Positions 16,269-25,244 of a stretch of 32,000 bases of DNA are shown here, in pieces. Location of the stretch: assembly GCA_041659405.1 (NCBI GenBank), contig JBAZYK010000006.1, positions 1-32,000 on the forward strand, in the 5' to 3' direction. Every line of letters starts with the position of its first letter. The first letter of the stretch is position 1. Origin of the DNA: Candidatus Altimarinota bacterium. GTDB lineage: Bacteria; Patescibacteriota; Gracilibacteria; UBA1369. Below the pieces are notes generated by a model. The model was not told where the DNA came from. It ran no database searches and saw only the letters and a list, made by a program, of their open reading frames with translations. The position numbers and the translations under genes are program-made.

Positions 16269-17951
16269 ATGAAAACCTGTCCCCAATGCAAAAACAATTT
16301 TGAAGTCACAGACCTCGATCGCGAATTCTATAAAAAAATTTCGCCAACTTTTAATGGCAAACAATTCCCGATTCCGGAACCAACCCTATGCCCAACCTGC
16401 CGACAACAACGACGCATGGCTTTCCGCAATGAACGCAATCTTTATAAACGCAAATGCGACGGCAGCGGCAAAGAAATTATCTCCATGTTTCCACCGGAAG
16501 CTCCCTACAAAATTTATTCGCAGGAAGTTTGGTGGCAAAGCAACTGGGACGGAGCCGATTATGGACGACCATACGATTCAACTAAAAGTTTTTTCGACCA
16601 GTTTAAAAAATTGACGGAAGCAACTCCAAGAATGGGGCTGGCCAACATGGACAACGAAAACAGTGAATACTGCAATTACACCGGCGACGTAAAAAACAGC
16701 TATCTTATTTTTGGCTCAGTCTACAGTGAAGATTGCTATTATGGCTCCCCTTATTATTCCAAAAATTGTGTTGATAGCCTGGTTTTAAGAGAATGCGAAC
16801 TTTGTTATGAATGCATCGACTGTCGTAAACTTTATAACTGCAAACACTGCCAGGACTGCAATAACAGCAACGATCTTTTGTACTGTTTTGACCTTCAGGG
16901 CTGCTCGGAATGCATTGGTTGCAGCGGCTTACGCAACAAAAAATACTGCATCTACAATAAACAATATTCACAGGAAGAATATCAAAAATTAAAAAACAGC
17001 CTTAACCTTTGTGATCCTCAAACTCAAAAAAAATTACAACAGGGACTTGAAGCTTTAAAGGCTGGAACTCCGCATCTTTTTATGTTGGCCACCGGCTCGG
17101 AAAACGTCACCGGAAGCCATGTTTTTAATTCCAAAAATACTTTTGAATCTTTCTTTGCCGATCGCTGCCAGGACAGTGCGTACTGCGCTCAAGTGGTGGA
17201 TTTAAAAGATTGCCGGGACAACAATTATACCGAAGAAAATGAACTTTGCTACGAATACCTGGGAATGTACTCAACTCAAAAAACCTTTTTCTCACTTTTT
17301 TGCCGACACACTTACGAGGCTTACTACTCGGAATATTGTGTGAATTGTAAGTATATTTTTGGCTGTTCAAATTTAAGAGACAAAAATTATTGCATTTTAA
17401 ATAAACAATACACCAAAGAAGAATACGAGATGCTGGTGCCAAAAATCATTGAACAAATGCAGAAGACGCCTTTCACTCCAGGAAGTTCGGTCGGACAGTG
17501 GGGGCAATTTTTCCCGATCGACCTGAGCCCTTTTGCCTTTAATGAATCAGTCGCTCAGGAATATTTTCCTTTGACCAAAGAACAGGTCATTGCCATAGGC
17601 GGAAAATGGCGAGAAGAAAACCCAAAAGAGTTCCAGCCACAACGCATTCAAATCCCCCAAAATATTAAAGATGTCCCAGACAGCATTTGTTATGAAGTTC
17701 TGGCCTGCGAAATTACCGGTCGAAATTACCGCATCATTCCACAGGAATTAGCCTTTTATCGCCGCATGAATTTGCCAATTCCGCATAAACATCCGGACCA
17801 AAGACATCGCGAAAGAATCTCCAAACGCAACCCGCGCCAGCTTTTTAAAAGAGCCTGTGACAAGTGCAAAAAAGAAATCCTCACTTCTTATCCAACAACA
17901 AATCCCGCCAAAATTTATTGCCGGGAATGTTATTTGAAAGAGTTGTATTAA
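16269..17951 (+). CDS. Cysteine-rich multi-zinc-ribbon-like protein of unknown function
   Basis: 560 aa with 36 cysteines by hand count, mostly in CxxC-type clusters. N-terminal 'CPQC...CPTC' and C-terminal 'CDKC...CREC' knuckles, with an internal duplication. Confidence 0.85.
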   Translation: MKTCPQCKNNFEVTDLDREFYKKISPTFNGKQFPIPEPTLCPTCRQQRRMAFRNERNLYKRKCDGSGKEIISMFPPEAPYKIYSQEVWWQSNWDGADYGRPYDSTKSFFDQFKKLTEATPRMGLANMDNENSEYCNYTGDVKNSYLIFGSVYSEDCYYGSPYYSKNCVDSLVLRECELCYECIDCRKLYNCKHCQDCNNSNDLLYCFDLQGCSECIGCSGLRNKKYCIYNKQYSQEEYQKLKNSLNLCDPQTQKKLQQGLEALKAGTPHLFMLATGSENVTGSHVFNSKNTFESFFADRCQDSAYCAQVVDLKDCRDNNYTEENELCYEYLGMYSTQKTFFSLFCRHTYEAYYSEYCVNCKYIFGCSNLRDKNYCILNKQYTKEEYEMLVPKIIEQMQKTPFTPGSSVGQWGQFFPIDLSPFAFNESVAQEYFPLTKEQVIAIGGKWREENPKEFQPQRIQIPQNIKDVPDSICYEVLACEITGRNYRIIPQELAFYRRMNLPIPHKHPDQRHRERISKRNPRQLFKRACDKCKKEILTSYPTTNPAKIYCRECYLKELY

Positions 17952-17959
17952 GCCCCATT

Positions 17960-19585
17960 TCACGCATCCACGAACGTCAGCGCGATGCCTTTTTGTTCGG
18001 CACGGCCGGTACGACCAATACGATGAACATAATCATCATAAGTGGCTGGAAGATCAAAGTTGATCACATGACTAACATTTGGAATATCAAGTCCACGAGC
18101 CACAACATCGGTCGCCACCAAAATCTTCACCTTATTGTTTTTGAAAAGATTCAAAGCTACCTGACGTCCGGACTGGGTTTTATCACCATGAATTGAAGCC
18201 ACCTGAAAGCCTTTTTGTACCAAAGACCCGGTAAGACGTTCAACTCCACGTTTAGTTCGACCAAAAATCAACACTTTTTCAAATTGTTGTTGTCTTAAAA
18301 GTTCATCCAAAACGTCCAATTTATTCCTGTTCCTGGGAATTTTAACCACATCTTGTTCAACATTTGCTGCCGTTTCCTGCATCTTCACAGAAACCGTAAT
18401 CGGATTTAGTAAGAAAGTCTGAATAAGTTTGTTAATTTCAGGAGAAATAGTCGCAGAGAAGAACAAAGACTGACGAATCTTAGGCAAAAGATGCATAATG
18501 AAATTCATGTCAGGCAAAAATCCCATATCCAACATACGATCGGCTTCATCAATCACCACATTCTGAAATTGGCTAAGATTAAGCACTTTTCTGGTGATAA
18601 GATCCTTGATACGACCGGGAGTTCCGATCACGAAATTAGTTGGTTTACGTAAAGATGAAATCTGAATACCAATGCTCGATCCACCAATACAGGCAACCGA
18701 ATAAAGACCGGTACCAATGGCAAAACTCACAAATTCCGCATTAATTTGCAGAGCAAGTTCACGTGTTGGCGCAACAATCAAAACCTTCTGTGTACGATTA
18801 TTGATAATTTTATGTAGCAAAGGCAGCAAGAAAGCAGCCGTTTTACCCGTTCCGGTATTGGCAATCCCCACTAAATCTTTTTGTTCAAGAATGTGAGGAA
18901 TAGATTCATCCTGAATCGGAGTTGGCTGAACGTAGCCTTTCTTAACAATATTGGCTTTAATTTTTGGATCAAAAGGAAAATCCGCAAATTTATTCTTTGC
19001 CACAAATTCCGGAGCCTTTTCCACAATTTCGGACTTCTTCACAAAACGGGCAGCATCAATACGTTCAAATGCTCTTCCCAAAACTTTTTTAGCTTTTGAA
19101 TTTCGACCACCACCAAACGCACGTGATGAAGATGAACGGGACGAAGATGAGCCGGAAGATCGACCATATGGTCTGGATGAACCGGAATCTCTATATGGAC
19201 GAAGAGAACTTGAGCCTGCAAATGACCTTGAAGAGCCTTCGGATGAGCGCGCAAATGGGCGAGCTGAACCGGACCCTACAAATGATCTGGCCGGACGAGC
19301 TTCAGACGATTGTCCCTGGCTTGAAGCTTCCCCCTGGCTTGCAGATCTGTATGAATGAGCAGGTCTGGCTGAGTATTCTGAGCGAGCCGGACGAGCTGAG
19401 TGCTCAAAACGGGCTGGACGCGCAGAATTAGATGATGTGTGCTCTGAACGAGCTGAATGAGTAGAATGAGACGAATTTGCTGAAGGTTGAGCTGGTTTTG
19501 CTTCCGCAGATGCCAGTCTTGCAAATCTTCCGGAAAACTTTGAATTTCCGCTTCCGCTACCTCTACTAAATGATTTCTTAAACAT
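17960..19585 (-). CDS. DEAD-box ATP-dependent RNA helicase with long Ser/Ala/Arg-rich N-terminal extension
   Basis: Q motif 'GYVQPTPIQDESIP', 'ANTGTGKTAAFLLPLL', 'PTRELALQI', 'VIDEADRMLD', 'FFSATIS', 'HRIGRTGRAEQKG'. Residues ~1-150 are low complexity. Confidence 0.95.
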   Translation of the reverse strand: MFKKSFSRGSGSGNSKFSGRFARLASAEAKPAQPSANSSHSTHSARSEHTSSNSARPARFEHSARPARSEYSARPAHSYRSASQGEASSQGQSSEARPARSFVGSGSARPFARSSEGSSRSFAGSSSLRPYRDSGSSRPYGRSSGSSSSRSSSSRAFGGGRNSKAKKVLGRAFERIDAARFVKKSEIVEKAPEFVAKNKFADFPFDPKIKANIVKKGYVQPTPIQDESIPHILEQKDLVGIANTGTGKTAAFLLPLLHKIINNRTQKVLIVAPTRELALQINAEFVSFAIGTGLYSVACIGGSSIGIQISSLRKPTNFVIGTPGRIKDLITRKVLNLSQFQNVVIDEADRMLDMGFLPDMNFIMHLLPKIRQSLFFSATISPEINKLIQTFLLNPITVSVKMQETAANVEQDVVKIPRNRNKLDVLDELLRQQQFEKVLIFGRTKRGVERLTGSLVQKGFQVASIHGDKTQSGRQVALNLFKNNKVKILVATDVVARGLDIPNVSHVINFDLPATYDDYVHRIGRTGRAEQKGIALTFVDA

Positions 19586-19730
19586 AAATTTTGTTAAATT
19601 GGTTGACTTAAAATGTATAACAAATAACCAAACTTGTCAACACTTTAATTTATGGGCGGCTAAAAGCCATTTTCAGGATTACGCCCTCGCCTAAAAAGAC
19701 CAAGCGTTTCAAATTAAAAAGTTCAGATAT

Positions 19731-20321
19731 TTAAAGTTGAGCCGTTTTTGGATCTACTTTTACAGCAAAAAGCACTTTGCCATTTTGATCACGAATTCGG
19801 ACCTCAGTATCTTTAACATAAATCAAAGATCTACCCGGCACGTCATTTTTTAGACTGCCAGACAAAAATTGTTGACCGTTAGAAGTAATTGGCTGAGACG
19901 CAATCTCAAATCCAGGATATGTACTTCCTCCATCTTCGGTCACATCACCCAAAATGACCAATTCTAGCGGCCCACCACAGGAATCTTTTATTTCCTGAGT
20001 GAGACCCGAAACATCACAATCCAAAGTAATTCTAGTTCCTTTAACCGCATCTCCCAGATCTTCGCTTTCCATTTTAAATTCATTAAATGTCAATTTAAGA
20101 TTTGATTTCTTTTCAGCTGTTTGACACGCATTATCTTCATAAACATCAGAATTGGCTGCAGGACCGCAAGCTGCCGCCGCCATTGAAGTTGCCGCAGCAA
20201 TTGCCGTTACTGCTTTTCTTAAACGGGAAGGTCCACGCAGCACAGCGGAAGGACGCAATGATGGTCCTGACGATGTTGCAGCACGTGGCGAATCCGAAGA
20301 CTTTGGTGTGTTTTCCGACAT
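19731..20321 (-). CDS. Putative lipoprotein, unknown function
   Basis: 196 aa with 'LRKAVTAIAAATSMAAAACGPAANSD', a hydrophobic segment followed by a lipobox-like Cys, but at an unusually N-terminally extended position (about residue 52). Confidence 0.55.
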   Translation of the reverse strand: MSENTPKSSDSPRAATSSGPSLRPSAVLRGPSRLRKAVTAIAAATSMAAAACGPAANSDVYEDNACQTAEKKSNLKLTFNEFKMESEDLGDAVKGTRITLDCDVSGLTQEIKDSCGGPLELVILGDVTEDGGSTYPGFEIASQPITSNGQQFLSGSLKNDVPGRSLIYVKDTEVRIRDQNGKVLFAVKVDPKTAQL

Positions 20322-20431
20322 AAAATACGAATTAAAGGCAAATACATTGTACCATATTTTACCAATTAATCAAATCGGCAAAAACAACATATTGTTCAAG
20401 TAACTAAACTGCACATAGCAAAAAGCATTAC

Positions 20432-20465
20432 AAAAAGGAGCCCCATCTTTATGACGAGGCCCCTC
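20432..20465 (-). terminator. Rho-independent terminator downstream of glutamine synthetase
   Basis: Minus-strand RNA GAGGGGCCUCGUC-auaaa-GAUGGGGCUCC-UUUUU forms a continuous stem using G-U pairs, then a U-tract. Confidence 0.75.
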
Positions 20466-20549
20466 AAATTTTTATTTTCTTTGATTTTTCAACCGAATTT
20501 AGCGCAAAAACCTTTTACTCATTTGAACTCGCGTCCCAGCGCCCGCCCC

Positions 20550-22133
20550 CTAAAACTCGCTCCAAATCAGCTGATTACTGACTTCATGATGATACAAAAC
20601 CTCACCGCATTTTACGCGTGTACCAAGAAGCCTTGGGCTTCTATCGGCCACTGCGCGCTTTAAATCGGCATATTTTTGGTGATTGTGCTTGCCCAACATG
20701 TTCATCATGTATTCGCTTTCCGCAAAATACTCAATCGCCGCGTAAATATCACCGGGCAGCTTTTCCGCAACTTTTCCTGCCCCCGCAGTTCCCGCCGCCC
20801 CAAAAACTTTCTCCTCCATTTTCTTAAGTTCACTCGCCGAAGCTTCCATTCCACTCAATCCAACTTTAATCAAAGTATAAAGCCACAAATATGGATTTGA
20901 ATCCGGCGCAACCGTTCTTACCTCCAAACGTGCACTTTTTTCATTTCCGATTGGAACACGCACCATAGAGCCACGATCCGTTGCCGAAATTTTGATCTCA
21001 TTTGGAGCTTCATAGTGCGGATCAAGACGGCGATACGCATTCACGCTGGAATTCATGGTCAAACAAAGCTCATTGGCATGATACAAAACGCCAGTCGCAA
21101 ACTTATACGCCATTTCCGAAAGACTATGCTTACCGTTGGCATCAAAAAACAAATTCTTGCCATCTTTAGACAAAGAAATATTGGTGTGCATTCCACTGCC
21201 ATTAATCCCCTGCACCGGTTTTGGCAGGAAACAAGCGGTTAAACCCATCGTACTTGCCACCTGACGAGCCAACAATTTATAAAGCTGAATCTGATCCGCC
21301 GCATCAAGCGCAATGGAATAACGGAAATTCAATTCAAACTGCGCCGGCGCAACTTCCGGATGATCTTTTTCATTTTGAAAACCCAGCGCGCGCTGAACTT
21401 CCGCGAATTTATCAATAAATTTACGCAAAACATCCTGAGGAAGTGAGCTAAAATATCCACTGGAAGTCACAAGTTCAAATCCAACCTTTTCATCATAAGT
21501 CTGTTCAGCCTTAAAACCTTTAAACAAAAATCCTTCAATTTCCGGAGCAACATTGATCTTCATCCCTTTTGCCGTAAGCTCATCAGACAAACTGGCAAGA
21601 CGTGCCCTAAAATCGCCATCATACAAACTTCCATCTTTATCACAAACATTCGCAAAAATTAAAACTTTCCCCAAACCAAACAGATCTGAAGGAGCATAAC
21701 GAAAACTCGTCCAATCAATGCGCAGTCTTAAATCCGATTCTTTTTGAGCCGTAAACCCACGAATCGAAGATCCATCAAAAGTCAGATTATCCTCGGAATC
21801 AATCAAAAAATCTTTATCATAATCAAGCGCATGCAAACGCCCTTCCATATCCGAAAAGAAAACCGTAACAGCCTTAATCCCCTTTTCTTTTTTTAAAAGA
21901 TCCAAAAAGTATGATCGAAGTTCGTCGCTTGTATTACCCTCAACTCGCCAATGTTTTATCTCCAGATTTTTTTCTTCCAAGTCCAGATAACTCAAATCCA
22001 GTAAATGCGCCGGTCGCACAAAATCGTAATCATAATCCCTGGCACGAGGAGTAATAGTTGAACTTCCGGAAATTTCCGCCTCTACCTTGGCCTCAGTTTT
22101 TGAAGCACTTTTTTTAAGACTTGATTCAACCAT
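20550..22133 (-). CDS. glnA: Glutamine synthetase
   Basis: 527 aa. 'KAVTVFFSDMEGRLHALDY', 'LTFDGSSIRGF', 'APEIEGFLF', 'GSGMHTNISL', 'ISATDRGSMVRVPIGNEKSARLEVRTVAPDSNPYLWL'. Confidence 0.88.
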   Translation of the reverse strand: MVESSLKKSASKTEAKVEAEISGSSTITPRARDYDYDFVRPAHLLDLSYLDLEEKNLEIKHWRVEGNTSDELRSYFLDLLKKEKGIKAVTVFFSDMEGRLHALDYDKDFLIDSEDNLTFDGSSIRGFTAQKESDLRLRIDWTSFRYAPSDLFGLGKVLIFANVCDKDGSLYDGDFRARLASLSDELTAKGMKINVAPEIEGFLFKGFKAEQTYDEKVGFELVTSSGYFSSLPQDVLRKFIDKFAEVQRALGFQNEKDHPEVAPAQFELNFRYSIALDAADQIQLYKLLARQVASTMGLTACFLPKPVQGINGSGMHTNISLSKDGKNLFFDANGKHSLSEMAYKFATGVLYHANELCLTMNSSVNAYRRLDPHYEAPNEIKISATDRGSMVRVPIGNEKSARLEVRTVAPDSNPYLWLYTLIKVGLSGMEASASELKKMEEKVFGAAGTAGAGKVAEKLPGDIYAAIEYFAESEYMMNMLGKHNHQKYADLKRAVADRSPRLLGTRVKCGEVLYHHEVSNQLIWSEF

Positions 22134-22386
22134 AAGAGAATTAAAAATTAAGAATTAAAAATTAAGAATTTACTTTCTTAACATCAACAAAATACTTAGC
22201 GGGAAAAATAATGCAAACAAAAAAAAATAGCCCAAAAATGGCTTGTCTAAAAGAAGAACAAACCAACACTTGGCGACAATTTCAAAAAAAACACGCTTCT
22301 ACCCCGCGCATTGTCGAAAAAACCAACAACATAAAACCAAACCCCTCGCAACAAAAAAAACAAACTGTGTTATTTAGTTGGCAACT

Positions 22387-22899
22387 TCAATTCACACCCA
22401 AATTTCCAGCTGATTTATCAACGAATTTAATTGGTTTATCCGCTTGAGATTGTAAATAATCAAAAGATTCCAGCCGTCCTCCATCGCTGCAGTGTTCGTC
22501 TATTGCTTCCACGATTTCCCCAATAGCTTCAATCACAACCGCTTCATCGTTTTGCACTTCTCTATTGAAATTTGGATTATAACTTCTATTGAAAGACTTA
22601 TGATCAACCAGCGACAAACTAACTGTCCCGTCTTCATTATTGGTTATTCCAATTGAAACGCTATAACATTTTGCCTTCCTATCTTCCAGGAGTAATACCT
22701 TTGAACAAGAAATCCATATTTGCTCCCGATCAAGCCCGTTTTTCGGATGATATGTCGGCCTTACCTCTACACGAACACCATCTGCATTAGTCCATTCTGT
22801 ATCAACTACAGCAATATCACTTCGCGCTTCCAAAGCGCTAACTACAGATGGCAGTAACTGTTCGAATTGCCCAAGCTCAGGGTTTTCTTCAAGTAGCAT
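22387..22899 (-). CDS. Hypothetical protein
   Basis: 170-aa ORF with non-biased composition. No family recognised. Confidence 0.55.
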   Translation of the reverse strand: MLLEENPELGQFEQLLPSVVSALEARSDIAVVDTEWTNADGVRVEVRPTYHPKNGLDREQIWISCSKVLLLEDRKAKCYSVSIGITNNEDGTVSLSLVDHKSFNRSYNPNFNREVQNDEAVVIEAIGEIVEAIDEHCSDGGRLESFDYLQSQADKPIKFVDKSAGNLGVN

Positions 22900-22917
22900 A
22901 ACGTAGGTGACTTAAAA

Positions 22918-23148
22918 TTAACGAGACTCTCCCGCTACGGCCAAAATTAGCGCAGCCACTGTTTTTCTTCGCTCATCCACCTCAGGTTTTGTTGCATCAG
23001 GATGAGTTCTTAACCATTCTTCATGACGCTCTAATTGTTCTACCACGGCTGACTCGGCCACTGCAGGGCCCCTTGATAAATCACGTCCCATAAAATATAA
23101 GTTATTAAATAACAATCTAATTATAACACTTTTTACCTTTTTGTACAA
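22918..23148 (-). CDS. Small hypothetical protein, probably starting at the internal Met (MGRDLSRGP...)
   Basis: 76-aa ORF, 18 bp upstream of and co-oriented with the 170-aa ORF. Confidence 0.4.
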   Translation of the reverse strand: MYKKVKSVIIRLLFNNLYFMGRDLSRGPAVAESAVVEQLERHEEWLRTHPDATKPEVDERRKTVAALILAVAGESR

Positions 23149-23182
23149 CGCCGGTTTTTCAAAGTCAGTTCATCTATTACTT

Positions 23183-24187
23183 CTATGATTTCCCACTCAA
23201 AATACAAACAATGTTTCCATCAACAGAAATTTTACTAAGCGCTGCAAACACAGATGCGGAAGTTGGCCCACAGGTAAGGGCCGAATCGCTTTCAATAACG
23301 CGCATGGCATTTTCCAATTCTTCTTCCGTTATCCGCACAATCATGCCGCCGCTTTCTTTAAGTGCACGAACGACTTTTGGTGATGTAAACGCGCATCTAG
23401 CCGCAATGCCAGTTGCCTTTGTGTCTGGAATCTTATCAAGTTCTACAAAATCATATCCTTTTTCATATGCCTGATAGACGGGATCACATCCCTCAATTTC
23501 CACGCCAATCATTCTGGGAAGACGCTTCGGCTGAAGCTCCTTAAAACCTTTCCAAATGCCCGCAAGCTGCGTTCCATTTCCCACAGGGACCACTACGGCG
23601 GCAATATCGGGAATCTGGTCCGAAAGCTCATATGCAATAAACTTTGTCCCCTCCTCTGCAAAAGGATTAATGCCCGGCGTAACATTGTAATAAGGATTGG
23701 AATCGATAATTCTTTTGAAAATATCCTCGTAATCTCCTTCCTCTAAATGAACAATTGTTCCCTTCCGTTCAAAATATTCAATGGTGTCTTTTGATGTTTT
23801 TTTTGAAACAAAACAATGTAACGCAACTCCTGCCCGCGCGGCATAATGCGCTGCGGATAGTGCTCCATTACCAGCTGAAACCATACTAATTTCTTTTATA
23901 CCTTCAGCAATCACATGCCGAAAAATGCCTGCAACTTCACGATCCTTAACCGATCCGGTCGGATTGAGTGATTCATCTTTCACATACACCTTACAAGAAG
24001 CCGATGAATAAGCCGGCAAAAAATGTACCGGAGTATTTCCTTCACCATACAGAGAAAAAACGTCCTTATTACCATCAACAACCTCAAGATACGAATAATA
24101 CTGACTATGATGAGGACACGTTAGTATTCTCTCGTCACTCGGAGCGGTAAAAGAACATGTAATGCACTGCAGCCGCATAAATATCAT
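23183..24187 (-). CDS. thrC: Threonine synthase-like PLP-dependent enzyme
   Basis: 334 aa. N-terminal 'LQCITC...LTCPHH', PLP-Lys motif 'ESLNPTGSVKDREVAGI', 'SMVSAGNGALSAAHYAARAG', 'VPVGNGTQLAGIWKGFKEL', 'CGPTSASVFAAL'. Confidence 0.8.
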   Translation of the reverse strand: MIFMRLQCITCSFTAPSDERILTCPHHSQYYSYLEVVDGNKDVFSLYGEGNTPVHFLPAYSSASCKVYVKDESLNPTGSVKDREVAGIFRHVIAEGIKEISMVSAGNGALSAAHYAARAGVALHCFVSKKTSKDTIEYFERKGTIVHLEEGDYEDIFKRIIDSNPYYNVTPGINPFAEEGTKFIAYELSDQIPDIAAVVVPVGNGTQLAGIWKGFKELQPKRLPRMIGVEIEGCDPVYQAYEKGYDFVELDKIPDTKATGIAARCAFTSPKVVRALKESGGMIVRITEEELENAMRVIESDSALTCGPTSASVFAALSKISVDGNIVCILSGKS

Positions 24188-24274
24188 CTATTAAAAGTCA
24201 CGTCTGTTGATTATTGTACGTTCCTTCTAGAATCGTGACAATGCATTGGTCAACAAAAATTATCACAAGTTGGC

Positions 24275-24442
24275 AAACTCAACGATTTATCCAAGTTTCC
24301 GGAGGGAATGGTTTTTTGGCGACATTGCGAGCGCAGCCGTTCATGGCATCATGATGCCATGAACTTCGTGAGGGCGTACATGCTAGCCCGAACGAACTGG
24401 CGAAGCGTTCGCCAAAAAGCCATTCCCTCCGAAAACTCAACG
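24275..24442. repeat. Composite inverted-repeat element (REP/MITE-like), no transposase
   Basis: 27-nt inverted arms (24296-24322 and 24408-24434 region, 25/27 match) enclose a perfect 26-bp palindrome GTTCATGGCATCATGATGCCATGAAC (24339-24364) and a hairpin GGCGAA-gcg-TTCGCC (24399-24413). It is flanked by a 10-bp direct repeat AAACTCAACG (24275-24284, 24433-24442). Confidence 0.7.
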
Positions 24443-24525
24443 GCAAAAAACAGCGATCAGAACTCATCATTTGTCCTTTGCCAAACTATCGACTATACTT
24501 CAAACCAACATAACTCATAAATTAT

Positions 24526-25179
24526 ATGCAACTTTTTTTAGATACAGCCAACCTGGAATCCATTAAGAAATATGCCGCTTGGGGCGTTGTTGATGGCGTC
24601 ACCACAAATCCTTCATTGGTAGCCAAAGAAGGCGTTTCTTTGGAAACAAGAATCAAAGAAATCAGCCAGGTTATTTCCGGACCAATCAGTAGTGAAGTTA
24701 TTGCTTTGGACGCAGCAACCATGGTCAAAGAAGGCCATAAATACGCTGCCTGGGGCAAAAATATTTACGTAAAAGTTCCAATGACACCGGATGGAATTCA
24801 AGCCTGCAAAATTCTAAGCGACGAAGGAATTCCGGTAAACGTAACTTTGATTTTTTCCGCAGGACAAGCGCTTCTTGCCGCAAAAGCCGGCGCGAGCTTT
24901 ATCAGTCCTTTTATTGGCAGACTTGATGATATCAGCGAAGATGGCATGGCTTTGATTGAAGAAATCATCACCATGTTTAAGCATTATAATTTTAAAACTA
25001 AAGTTCTTGTCGCAAGCGTAAGACACCCAAGGCACGTGGTGGAAGCCGCTAAACTCGGCGCTGATATTTGCACAATGCCGGCCGAAATCATGGATAAACT
25101 TATTCAGCATCCACTCACCGACAAAGGCATTAAAGGATTTTTAGCCGATTGGGAAAAGGTAAAAGATCTCCAAAGATAA
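24526..25179 (+). CDS. tal: Transaldolase, short transaldolase/fructose-6-phosphate-aldolase-like type
   Basis: 217 aa. 'MQLFLDTANLESIKKYAAWGVVDGVTTNPSL', 'NIYVKVPMTPDGIQACKIL', 'NVTLIFSAGQALLAAKAGASFISPFIGRLDD', 'KVLVASVRHP'. Confidence 0.93.
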   Translation: MQLFLDTANLESIKKYAAWGVVDGVTTNPSLVAKEGVSLETRIKEISQVISGPISSEVIALDAATMVKEGHKYAAWGKNIYVKVPMTPDGIQACKILSDEGIPVNVTLIFSAGQALLAAKAGASFISPFIGRLDDISEDGMALIEEIITMFKHYNFKTKVLVASVRHPRHVVEAAKLGADICTMPAEIMDKLIQHPLTDKGIKGFLADWEKVKDLQR

Positions 25180-25244
25180 ACACAACCGAAAAACGCATAA
25201 AATCCTCACAAGAAATTCACACAATTTAACCTCACAATTTTCTT

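Noticed and set aside
20451-20663. 70-aa plus-strand ORF after the glnA terminator
   Set aside because: Begins inside the terminator hairpin and runs into the 3' end of glnA in antisense, so it is unlikely to be coding.
24279-24470. 63-aa and 70-aa ORFs across 24279-24520
   Set aside because: They read through the palindromic repeat element ('SRSWHHDAMN' type peptide), a typical artefact of translating dispersed repeats.
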